DNA from: Cirrosporium novae-zelandiae
Taxonomy: Eukaryota
Reading direction: 5' to 3'
NCBI GenBank assembly: GCA_026023565.1
Contig: JAPETS010000059.1
Span: 62,001 to 126,000 of the forward strand
Length of the DNA stretch: 64,000 nt
The notes under the pieces: generated by a model
What the model saw: only the letters and a program-made list of their open reading frames with translations
Database searches by the model: none
Told to the model about the DNA's origin: nothing
Shown here: piece by piece, positions 13,028 through 24,142 of the stretch
Position numbering within the stretch: position 1 is the first letter of the stretch
Layout: each line of letters begins with the position of its first letter
Position numbers and translations under genes: made by a program

Positions 13028-14511
13028 TGTCTGATCTAGAATCAGAGGACACTCCGTTTCTAGGGCGACACTCGACAGATCATAATTTGGACCCGCCAAT
13101 AGAAAAGAGGGGACTGATGACATCCAATTCGCCCTCGGTGCTCAAGAAAATCTGTTGTTGTCTCTGCGACACCCTTCAACCTAGTTGGCTCAAGAGCAAT
13201 GATGTCTTGCCCAATAAAACCTATCCGACATCTTGGCTGGATGGTATCCGTGGGTTCGCAGCATTATTTGTGTTCCTTTTCCACTTTGAATTCGCATATC
13301 ATAACCGGCCCCAGATAGGATTTGGGGCAGGTGGTGCAGAGGCAGGAAATTATTGGTTCTTTCAGTTGCCCATAATTAAGTTGTTCCTTGCTGGACCTGC
13401 AATGGTTTCCATCTTTTTTGTCGTCTCCGGATATACCCTCTCATACAAACCTCTCAAACTTATCCGAAGCGGCTCGTGGGAACAGTTACTCCAAACAATG
13501 GCATCCGCAATAATCCGTCGGTGGATCAGATTATTTATTCCCTGTCTAATCTCTACTTTCATTGTCTTTAATGCTATCTGCTTAGGCCTATATGACCACT
13601 CAATCAAAGTTACCTACGATCCGGTCATACTTCCTGGCTGGAGAGAGGAGCAAGCCCCAGTTCTCCCTACATGGAAGGAACAATTTTCACATTATTCTGC
13701 AAATACTAAGGAATGGACATCTTCTTATACCTTCTTCCATTTAAATCCAGTCTATGATCAGCATGTCTGGACGATACCAATCGAGTTTCGATGCTCAATA
13801 ATCCTGTTTGTCGTTCTTGTCGGTCTTGCGAGGATAAAGGTTTGTATTCGATTTCTGATATTGCTAATATTAATGTGGTATGCCGTATGGTTGAACATGT
13901 GGGAATCAGCTCTCTTCTTTGCTGGGATGGGTGCTGCGGAGCTTAACCTTATACAAAATGGATATATAGCTACGGGTTCAGAAGACTATCTGGAAAAACA
14001 ACATCCATCTAGGCCCTCCAGGTGGATTATTTGCTACGTTTCCCCCCTTTCGTTTATACTAGGCTGCTACCTTGCATCTGCCCCCGAAGGTGGGATAGAC
14101 ATTACACCTGGCTATATTTTTCTAAGCCGATATATTCCCCCGACTCTCTCTGAGGTTCAGCGTTGGTGGAACGGCATTGGTTCCATTATAATTGTCTGGA
14201 GCGTAGGTAGTTCTACGAATCTTCAAAAACTCTTTAACAATGCCTTTGCACGTTACCTTGGCAAGATCTCGTTCGCTCTTTACTTGGTGCATGGACCCTT
14301 GAATCATACCTTGGGTTATTGGCTCGTTCCAAAGTTAATGGATATGACTGGCCGCGAAACTCTGGTGAGGTACGAAGCGGCATTCTTTCTGGCTTCCTTG
14401 ATACATGTACCTGTGGTTTTTTGGACGGCTGATCTGTTTTGTCGATATGTGGATATACCCGTCGTGAACTTTGCAAGATGGCTAGAGTCAAAATCACTAG
14501 CAAATTTATAG
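13028..14511 (+). CDS. Acyltransferase-3 family membrane O-acyltransferase (start could be 12928)
   Basis: WLDGIRGFAAL...H, VSIFFVVSGY, HVWTIPIEFRCS and YLGKISFALYLVH motifs; multiple TM segments. Confidence 0.88.
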
Positions 14512-14654
14512 ACGAGGATGATGGTCCAATTTATCCTGGCAGCAGTTTTAAAGATTATTACTGGGCACTCGACGTTAAACACTCTAATGCTATTATATGC
14601 CTTTGGAAGCTTGCACATCAGACGAGATATCACATTGGTGATACGACCAGACCT

Positions 14655-15176
14655 CTAGTTCTCAACTGGAATAGTGGCATAACCCTTCATGGCTTCCCTA
14701 TTCATTTCCGGGGTTACAGGTTTTCCCTCCTCAGCCAGGGAACTCAGGAGCTTGGAATAGTTGATATAGAATGCAGGAGTAAAGGTGTTGAAGATTCTTG
14801 CCTCTTCATCGCCGGGGTTAGAGAAGGTATGAGGTGCCCGGATAGGAACAACAACATAATCGCCCATCTTTGCTTCAGGATCTGGCTTTCTAGGAATATG
14901 GAAACGCACGGTTCCTTTGGCGATGAGGGATATCTCATCATGCATTTCGTGCTAATGTGGGATGGGGCCGTCGGTTTTGGGTGGGTTATCAGCTCTGTAG
15001 CTCCGATACGATTGTCTACATTACTTGTCATGGCGAGTAACTTGGAGGCAGCCCAGTTTAAACTTGCCGGTGTTGGAACCGTCCTCCATGATGCGAAGTT
15101 TAGTTAGACCAAGTGGATATACATCACCTACTTTTGCAGAGACAAAGATGACGGACTCGGTTGGTGTTGGAGACAT
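14655..15176 (-). pseudogene. RmlC-like cupin, frameshifted with a premature stop
   Basis: RIMEDGSNT|DNRIGATEL then GPIPH*HEMHDE...KGTVRFH...VVVPIRAPHTFSNP. One-base frameshift near 14985, TAG at 14952-14954, GC-AG intron 15016-15067. Confidence 0.8.
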
Positions 15177-16009
15177 TTTTTGAGCAACAGTAGAGATGGC
15201 TGAGCTGATTAGTAGGTTGAAATGTATCAGTTAAGATGAAGATTTTTGGACATTCAACCTGACGACTCGAGAATTTTATTCATATTCAACACAGTGCACT
15301 CATCTTCCTGGAACTATACGTCATATAGAATCCTTCAGTACTACTATCATCCTACAAAGTACTTTCGAAAGTAAGCGGGCGGATAGTCCGAAAGCGAGTA
15401 AGAGCTTTGTTATTCAGCAACCTTATAAATTCTATAGAAAAGAGGGTTTAGTTCCGCTCGGCAATAATTAGGAGATTATTCCGGGTACCTGTCGGGTAAA
15501 CGGGACCCTCGTTCCACCGAGAGATGGATCCTAAACCCGACTGTCACGTGGGTCACTAAACCGCACCTGTGGTTTCTATTAAGGATTCCGGAAGATGCCG
15601 TGCCAAGACTAGATAGTATAACTAGAATATTTTGGATAAATTTAATAAAGAACCATACACAAAATCACACACCAAGTAGATCTTGACGCTCTACGTTTAT
15701 TTTTAGTCGATCAATCTGCATCAAGTCTGTACTATGTATGGAGTCTCTATGGAGTCCATATGAAGAGATCCTCCATAATTCCTTATAATTTACTAATCTA
15801 CATGGAGTAGACCTTAGGTTTCTTCATCTTTTCGGCTTCTATACGGGTCCGAGTCCATGTTAGCTTTCAGCTGAAAATGAGCTGAAGATGGTGCTCTGTG
15901 ATGAGAACCGTAACTTTATAACTACTTGCTTGTTCCTAGCTAATGAACCAAATCAGCTTTGAATCCTAAGTCTTCACTAGATAACAATTTGCATCATCTT
16001 CCAAACAAA

Positions 16010-17033
16010 ATGGAATCAATCACCCTCCCCTACAAAACCGACGACTATGGCAAACCTCTTCTCGCAAAAGTCTGTTGGTCCAACGACGTCAAGCTTCAAG
16101 ATAAGGCAAAGCCCATTGGTATGGAAGATCCCCTTCTCCTCCAGCTCCTAGATCAATCTCTAATTCCTACCAGTCATAATCTTCCATGGTGGTGGTATGA
16201 TAGTCGGCAGCTTCGACATCATTCCTCAAGTACAACTCCAGTACTTGGTATCTCAAAACTTCCTCGTCGTGATCCCCAACTACCGTCTAAGTCCCCAAGT
16301 CTCCGCCTCCGAAGGCGGCTTCGCGGATGCTGCTTCAACCCTCCAATGGGCTCAGACCCAACTGCCGGCCATCCTCAAAGCCCAACACTCCATCACCGTC
16401 GACCCCGCCCGCGTCGGAACAATGGGCCACAGCACGGGCGGAACAATCGCCCTCTGGCTCGCCGCCCGCTCCCCCACCACCGTCAAAGCAACAACAGCCT
16501 TCTACCCTTCCCTATACACCTCGGACATAACCACCGACGCCCACAAACCCTACTCAGGCACCGGGTTCGTCTTCCCCCCAGACTTCGACCCGACGCCCGA
16601 AAACCTCGCCGCCCTCTCTCCACCCGACACCCAGGTGTCCTCAGCTCCGCTCGCACCTCCGGGCGTGCCACCCACACCTAGAAACATCTGGCAAGTAACC
16701 CACATCAAGCATGGAACCTGGCTCAAAGCGATCCAACCCGACGGAAAATACAATCTCATAGACCCATGCACCCTCTTCGCAACCGTGGGCGCCAACTGGC
16801 CACCCACAATGCTCGTGCAAGGGGAAGAGGATCAAGTACCCGGAAGCGGGCTTGCGGCTGCTGAAAGGGCAGTGAAGGAGCTAAAGGAAGCCGGGGCGAC
16901 GGATGTCAGGATTGAGAAAGTGGCTGGTGCGGCGCATATGTTTGATATAATGCCGACGATTGGGACGGCGGATTTGGGACCGAAGTGGGTGGCTGTAAAG
17001 AGGGCGTTGGATTTCTTGACGGAGAAGGTCTGA
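16010..17033 (+). CDS. Alpha/beta hydrolase (HGGG-type esterase/lipase), 2 exons (16010-16118, 16174-17033)
   Basis: IFHGGGMIVG, NYRLSPQV, GHSTGG nucleophile elbow, VQGEED and AHMFD. Confidence 0.9.
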
Positions 17034-17039
17034 ATGGGT

Positions 17040-18420
17040 TCATTCATTAATGGGGGGGGGGGCGCGGGATGGAAGGGATGAGTGTGAGCGGCTTTTTTAC
17101 TTGTTTGCTTATACATACATACATACCCACATCTAGAATAGGTGACGTAGTAGGTGACGTAGTACGCAGTTATAGATATAGATTTCTACATACATACCTA
17201 TATCCAACACAATGCAATGTAATTGTTGAAATGTGCCGATAAGGCAATAAATCTACATGCTATCCCTTCGTTACTTACTTGCTTGCTTTCTATGTTGTAA
17301 AATAAGACAGCTGGTCGTCAACACAACTATATGGTAGCCTATCACAAGAGATACGCCATACCCCAACCTCATACTCCAACCACACATAGATATATACATC
17401 ATCATCATTATTATTATCATCAAGATCAAATACCTAATTCCTCCTCCCCAATTTTACATATTCCATTTTCCATTTTCTATTTTCCATTCCCATCCCCAAA
17501 CCCTCAATCCAAACCCTTACCCACCCTCACTCACTCACCCTCACCTTCGATATCCAACCCACCCAATAACCCTATCCTATAAACAGAACCACTAGGAGTT
17601 CGTAGTTCGTATTCAGTATTCAGTATCCTGTAATCAAATCGACAAGGAGGCGTAGCCGTTAAGACTATGATGTGAAGATATGAAGATATTAGGGAAGGAA
17701 GGGGATGTGAGGGGGGGGGGTGTCTTTGGGGTTTTTGTTTCTGGGGGTATGGGTTGTGTGGGTATGGGATGGGATAGGATGGGAGGGGATGAGAGGGTTA
17801 TAATCAAGGGGGTTGGATAGATGGATAGATAGATAGATGTATATATGAATACCCATTTTTCTCTGTTTAGGGGTATAGTTTTCCTCCAGCAGATGATACA
17901 TACATACATACATACATACAGACATACCTAGGTACATATCAAATCTCAAGAGCCACAATAACTATACCCATTCCATATCCATATCCATTTATACCTAAGT
18001 AGTTGTATCAAACAACCGCCTAGTTTACTTCAGGCTACCGTCAAAAATACAAATCCATCTCTCGCTCCCTCACTCCCTTATATCAAAACCCCTCTTAGTT
18101 GCATTCTATGTATTCTGTGTATTCTGCGCGTTATGGTATCCGTGGGAGCATTGAATTGGTTGAGTGTTATAGTTTTTATGGGTAGAGGTAAGGGTAAGGG
18201 GGACTGTGGTTTGCTTATTTGTGGTGATGTGGTAATGGGGGTATTTGGGTTTGGGTTTGGGTTTGGGTTTGGGATGGGGAAGAGAGAGGAGAGGAGAGGA
18301 GAGGGGAGATGGTTGGTTAGTTAGTTTTTTTTTTGAGCTTGGGTGGACAGGGTGAGGTTGCATGAGGATGGGATGAGGTGAGGCGAGTGGCTTTAACGTC
18401 GTGCTTGATTAGTTAATTGG
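17040..18420. repeat. Low-complexity, microsatellite-rich block
   Basis: (ATAC)n, (GATA)n, (TTTGGG)n, (GAGAG)n and G runs. Confidence 0.85.
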
Positions 18421-19970
18421 CGAAAGGGGGGTTTTGGTCCAACACTGATGGATTTGATAGTGTACCCGCATGCCTTGATGGAAGTAGTGTTGGAGTCACA
18501 AGTTACTATTGACTGGTAGAAGCAGAAGATAGGAGGGAGGGGATGTATTCGATGAAGATATGGATATTGGAGGAACTGGACTGGATTGGATTGCTGACAT
18601 CTCCTATCGGAGAAGGATCTTTCATTCATTAAGCTCTTCTAAACTAGACTAGATATAGAATATGAACATGGCTTGTTAAATTTCCTTTTAGAATTCTGCT
18701 TTGGTAACCCCCTCTGGTGATTTGTACTTGGGTCTTAGGTTACCGGTGTAAGTGATAGAAACCATCATCAATGTGAGAGTATTGGTATCGAACCTGGGAA
18801 GGACGATATATCTCTTTTCTAGTATAGCATGGTCTCTTTTGAATACCAGCTGTGGGTGAGGAAGGGTAAGGTGGATCGTCGATAAGTGGGCATAATGTAA
18901 ATGGTTTATCAATTGTAGAAGAATCTCTTTAAATCTAATCAAGGAACAGTTGGTGTCACTTGATCATCTTAGAGTAGAAACTATCCGACCCTTTTTGGTT
19001 GCGGGAGTGAGTAATCAACCAATGACAACCCTTTCATCACAACTCCCTCTATCTTGAGGCTATGACGATCGGCTGGTTGGGCCGAGCTACCGTCTTAAAA
19101 CGAGGATTTATTTTCCCCGCGATACTAGTTCAAAGTTCTAGGAGGGGTTCATACCCAAGAATGGTTGCTGTATCGGAGGAAGCGATTCAGTGGAACTTGA
19201 AGCTAGTAGTAAGAGGACGCTTGGTGCGCTTGGGGTGGATCGTTGGAATTGGAGGGGGTTATAAGAACGTTGAGACGGAGATAGTGAATACCGCCGACTG
19301 ATGTCACGATGCATGGAGTGCTTAGCATATGTTGGATGATGCAAGCATACGAGGGTTCTGATGATCTTTTGGTAGTACTGGATCACTGCATGCCACCTAC
19401 TTTGCGCCCCTATGTCCGATCATAGTAGATAACTCTAGAAGTAGGGTAATTGAGTCCAATACGTAAAACGTGAATTCTAGATACCAAGTTAATGGTGTGT
19501 GCCAACTTCTCTAGAGTATAATAGAATCCCATAATGATGCATAGCCTATATCAACGCGAGGAGAGCCATCATCTTTGAAGGACATTCCGGCAGATTCAAA
19601 GCTCGGAGTCTATTGCAGAGATAGAATCGATGAGATATCCCGAAGGCTTGAATAGGACCATGGTCCTTGCTTCTCTTTAAGATTTCTCAGATATAGTGAA
19701 CAGACTCTTCCTTCACAGAGTAGACTATAAGGACTGAAAGCTGCTCTCTAATTCCTTTATCCTGGATGGCCCCTGTGTATGATACTTGACCTTGAACTTC
19801 TGATATTGACCTGGTGAATGCTGCATTGGCTTCCCTCCGGGCAAGTAGTCTTACCATGCCTTGCCTCCTCTCCAGGTTTATTTTCACAGCCGCGAAAAGA
19901 TAAGCGTCCTACTACGGTTGTCCCAAACAGGACTCATAGAAGGCTAAAGTTCAATAGCCGCCATTGTCTT

Positions 19971-20558
19971 TTAGGACTCACTACCCATCTTAATAGACTT
20001 TAATGTGGGAAGAGATTGACCCATTTGACGTTCCCATAGTTTTCTATCAAATCTCCCTTCCTGTAGTGCCACTGCATCTCCAGCATACATGAACGTATTA
20101 CCATCAACTTTGGTTGGTTCTGCTCCATCCGTAAAAGCGATAACGCATGGCATACATTCATAGGCCTTTGTTTCATAATACGCCAGTTTTTCTTCGTCTT
20201 CTTCGGTCTGAACTTGGAAAGCAAACCCCTGTACAAGATTCCCGGGCGGACCGTCGATCAGTGCTGGGTATTGGCCCCAGGAGCTGAGAGAGTAGCCCTC
20301 GACCTGTGCTGGTCGTAGTTGAGGAGGCTCGGTAAGGTCGAGTATTCTTGACAGAACTTCAGGCTTTGTGAGGGTGCCATAGAAGAAATAGAATGTCGGC
20401 TCATAGACAGGAGGTTCGTAAGGAGTAGTTGGTATATCTCTTAAGTAGTTTTCGGGGGCAGACGCAAGCTTATCGAGAAATGGTGAGGGTGAAGAAATCC
20501 TTAGTTGAACTTGAGAAGTTAGCGGTAGCGGAGGCGGAGGGGGTGGATTAGACTCCAT
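19971..20558 (-). CDS. Gamma-glutamylcyclotransferase/AIG2-like protein
   Basis: YFFYGTL motif, LRPAQVEGY, WGQYPAL and LAYYE; intronless 195-aa ORF. Confidence 0.85.
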   Translation of the reverse strand: MESNPPPPPPLPLTSQVQLRISSPSPFLDKLASAPENYLRDIPTTPYEPPVYEPTFYFFYGTLTKPEVLSRILDLTEPPQLRPAQVEGYSLSSWGQYPALIDGPPGNLVQGFAFQVQTEEDEEKLAYYETKAYECMPCVIAFTDGAEPTKVDGNTFMYAGDAVALQEGRFDRKLWERQMGQSLPTLKSIKMGSES

Positions 20559-21169
20559 TGTGTAGAATTGATTCTAGACTATGAAGGTGAGCTATCGCAC
20601 AGAAATCAATAATGAAACCCTATATTCCTGATGACAGCTCTTATCTACCTGTGGGGTTGTTAGTGGATTGAATAGTATTCGCGCGCGCCTCCCGGTTTCC
20701 GTGGGGAGGTATTGATAAAAAACGCTTTGTCGCATCAAACTTAAAAATAACATCCCTCTTCTTTTTATATCTATTACGACGCAGCCAGGTTATATATCCT
20801 AACACTAGGTATCCGCTCAGGTAGTTGACATCCCATGTCTTTTTGGCTTACCTTTCTAACTGTATCCCTATTAAACATGACGAGTGTATTATCTTTTCTC
20901 ATGTTTCGCTAATCCATAGACAACGGCTTATGACCAGTCAAAATTTATTCAGTTTTCTGTCAATCCACGCGTCTTTGAGGGTGTATTTGTCCAGCCAGTG
21001 TGTGCTATAATATGGAAAAGGGTTTTCTAAATCCCTTGATTTCACTAGTCCTTGAAATGTTTATTAAGTAGTTCGCACAACTATAATCATTCTTAACTAG
21101 GTTCGGCTACTTTTCTCTCCACCTTCGTGATTCTTTGGCTAGCTTCTATATAAATAGTGCCGTAAGGTC

Positions 21170-21900
21170 ATGGGAATTCTCCCAAGCGCGATAACAAGAA
21201 GAGCAAAGGGGGACCACCGCCTCCACCTCCACCTCCCGCTCCACTACGTCAAAGTGTTTCAAGACCTGCACCAAGAGCGGCACCTGCATCTGCGGGAAGC
21301 ATTGAAATCGGCATTGAGACCGAATCTTTACTTCAGACACAATCACCAACCATTGGAGGCTTGTGCTCATTCATTCAGTGCGCAGGACTGCCACAAGGCT
21401 CAGGTTTGAATGATTCTAGGTATCTAGACCAGTTGTTCAGTGGTAAAGATAAGAACTCATCTTTACAACCAAGGCCAGTCGGTAAACTCACTCCGGATAA
21501 AGAATTGAAGTTAGCAAGATAGCTATAGATTCTCGAAGCAATGGAGAGTATATACAGAAAGTCGCCACCATCAGAAATCTCAATCAGTTTGGAAAGTTTG
21601 GTAATGGCTAGAAGCGAAGTTTGTGTTTGGTTTCTAGGAGTCCGGGAAATATTCATGATATTCTCAATTTATGCAGACGAGGCAAAGATGTTGTTTCATG
21701 CGCTCATCATAGACCAGGATAACATTTTGAAATTATTCATGGCTGCGATATTGAATTAGCTAAGCTCAATCTCGATACATGGTAGAGCCGAATCACTTTC
21801 CTAGCACGATGGGTTAGGCTAAACGGTAGCAAAACTTTATGAAATTTTGAAGATGAGAAGAGATTAGTTCAGGGCGTTGGAGGAAAGAAAGTCAAATGTG
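21170..21900 (+). pseudogene. Degenerate coding remnant, possibly putative amidoligase family
   Basis: With one frameshift after the ATG it reads ...SPKRDNKKSKGGPPPPPPPAP...AGSIEIGIETESLL, resembling the G(I/V)E(x)EF N-terminus of fungal putative amidoligases. Downstream sequence is broken by stops. Confidence 0.3.
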
Positions 21901-22863
21901 GATGATAGGGCGATAGAAGACCACGAGGGGTCCTAGAGAAACGATAAGCAAGATGGTCCACTTAGGAGAGTATTAGTGTAAGTGATACAGAAAGAGAGGG
22001 GTGGAGGGCTTTTGAGAAGGTCGGGGGTTTGTGTAGGCGTGACACATGAAATCTTTTTCTCGAGGTCAGTCATTACCGCCCATTTCCATTATTATTATCC
22101 ATCCATCCTAGTACCGCCACCACCATCACGCTCAGCCAAGGGCGTCACGGGTACGTGCATGCACATACACGGCCTAGCCACCATAAGCAATTGAAACTGC
22201 ACTCGCCCTTCCTCCGACCTATCAATGACCCCTATTCTTACGCCTTGATGCATTTGTTGCCCTCCCTTAAATAATCTACGCGACTATCATCTGTTGTTTG
22301 ATGCCCGATGATAATGCATAACCGCCCTGGGGCTGATGACACCGCCAGGGCGCACTTTAAGATCTCCAATTAGGGTGGAATGTAGTGAGGTACTTATGAA
22401 ATTACGAGTTGAGCCTCGTGCGGGGCAATTGACGAGGAGAGGTGTTCTGCATAGTGCCGAGTTGAGGCCCACAAATTGGTATATTCTAGGCGAGCAATCA
22501 ATCCGTCAATTAGTCTAGATTGAAGATTGCTACACGGCCTAATCTGTTTGGCTGGCTACTTTCTTAGGAGAATATCCAAGAGAAATAACATGAGTGGAAT
22601 TTTAGCTATCCAAAAATCACTAACTAAATCGATCCACCGTGAAGCCCATCTTTGAAGGAAATATCATCAGTCATAAGCCTAATCGTGTTGAATCAAATAG
22701 GCACAGAGAGGTTGTATGTCTAGGGTGTTGAAGGGAAGGTACAAGGTAAGAGGAAGTTGCATCAAACCCAGGAAGACACAAGGCCGAAAATTCTCTTCGG
22801 CCGCTTTCTTCCAATCCCGACAATAACGTTTGGTGTTCATCCTAAGTATTCCAAAGGGCGGGA

Positions 22864-23756
22864 TTAGGAGGGGAGCATGCCTGGTAAACCTCGAGTTCTG
22901 CATGGTTTATAATCCGAGTCCTTGTGTACCTTCCGCATATGCTCAGAGAATTTGTCTTTTCTTGTTCCATGGTAGCCACAGCCATCTCGAGGGCAGTGAT
23001 AATGAGTAAGGGGTTCAACCGGATGTTTATTCTTATAATGACGGTCTCTATCCGGCTTGCGACCGAATGTTTCCCCTTTACCCTTGCAGCCATATTCACA
23101 TACCCATTGGGAGGGGGTTGGTCGACTTGGTCGACTGCAAGATATCAATATCAGCAAATAGAAAATATAAGAGTTAATTATTTGCCTTACCTGCCAGAAC
23201 CTTGTCGTGGAACTCTATTGTTATCAGCTAAATTTTCAGGTTGGGTGCTCAAGGGTCCACGAGCAGAGGAGAGAGCCTGAGTTGAATCTGAGGATACATC
23301 TGAGATTGATCCAATGAAAGATCCTGGGCTGATCGAAATAGAATCAGATTCTATGTTGGGTGCAAAGCCATGAACAGAATGGCCTCCCTGACTATACTGT
23401 ACGAGATCCATTGGATTAGGAATAGAGATGCCATTGTGAATAGTAGAAACAGGACTAGTTTGGCCTAACGTTGATGGCGGAAAGCTGCAATTTTCGTGCA
23501 AGGGATAAGTGCAGGAAGGGCCAAGGCATAAGCAAATGCATGCAGGGCAAATGCACTCGGAGAAAATGCAGGAAGGGCAAATGCACGCGGACCAAATGAT
23601 AGGTTGGTTGACGGCAGGCTGCGGAGTTCTGTCGCTACCTAAAAGAAGTGTAGCATTTTGGTAGAAATAACTTCTTTGAAGTCTATAGGCATACCAGTCA
23701 GTTTCCTAAAAAAAAATAGCTCACAATATCTCCTCATCGCTATGGGTAACATCCAT
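22864..23756 (-). CDS. C2H2 zinc-finger protein with N-terminal Cys-rich repeat, 3 exons (23725-23756, 23191-23682, 22864-23134), about 264 aa
   Basis: Exon phases are consistent. Fingers CEYGC...F...DRDRHYKNKH and CPRDGC...RKDKFSEHMRKVH; Cys-rich CICPSCIFSECICPACICLCLGPSCTYPLH. The first exon is the least certain. Confidence 0.72.
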
Positions 23757-24142
23757 GGCGGCCTAACAGGGCCTTATGCAGCCAAGTAAGGCAAGGTGGG
23801 ATGGTCAAGGTTAGAAGAAGTTAGGACAGGAGACCTAAAAGTATAGTAAGGAAAAAAACTAGAGCAGGAGAAGGGAGGGGCCCTTGGCTGACTATATACC
23901 TACATGTATATACCTACGTGCATCATCATATAGGCACCTTTTCTTGTACGGTAAGCCACCAGACCAGGGCAAAGGAACCACGTTAGATAGCATAGGATCT
24001 GTGGCTCACTCACTATCCATACACATAGTACTATTTTCTCGTTGTTCTCATCTCTTAGCATAAAACGAAACATCATATATGATTATAATTCAACCCGACT
24101 CGATAATTGCCATCTTCAAGATATTGCCATAACTTAGTCAAA

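Noticed and set aside
14439..15107. 222-aa plus-strand ORF
   Set aside because: Antisense shadow of the cupin pseudogene with no recognisable motifs.
9996..15550. CACGTG boxes near PHO85 as Pho4-type sites
   Set aside because: A 6-mer expected by chance, and neither copy lies in the PHO85 promoter.
12928..17033. Acyltransferase, cupin and hydrolase as a secondary-metabolite cluster
   Set aside because: No PKS, NRPS, terpene or other backbone gene is in the window; adjacency alone is insufficient.
18600..19400. Possible decayed gene (also 41150-41950, 60050-60730 and 62100-64000)
   Set aside because: Composition is coding-like but I could not recognise any motif or consistent frame.
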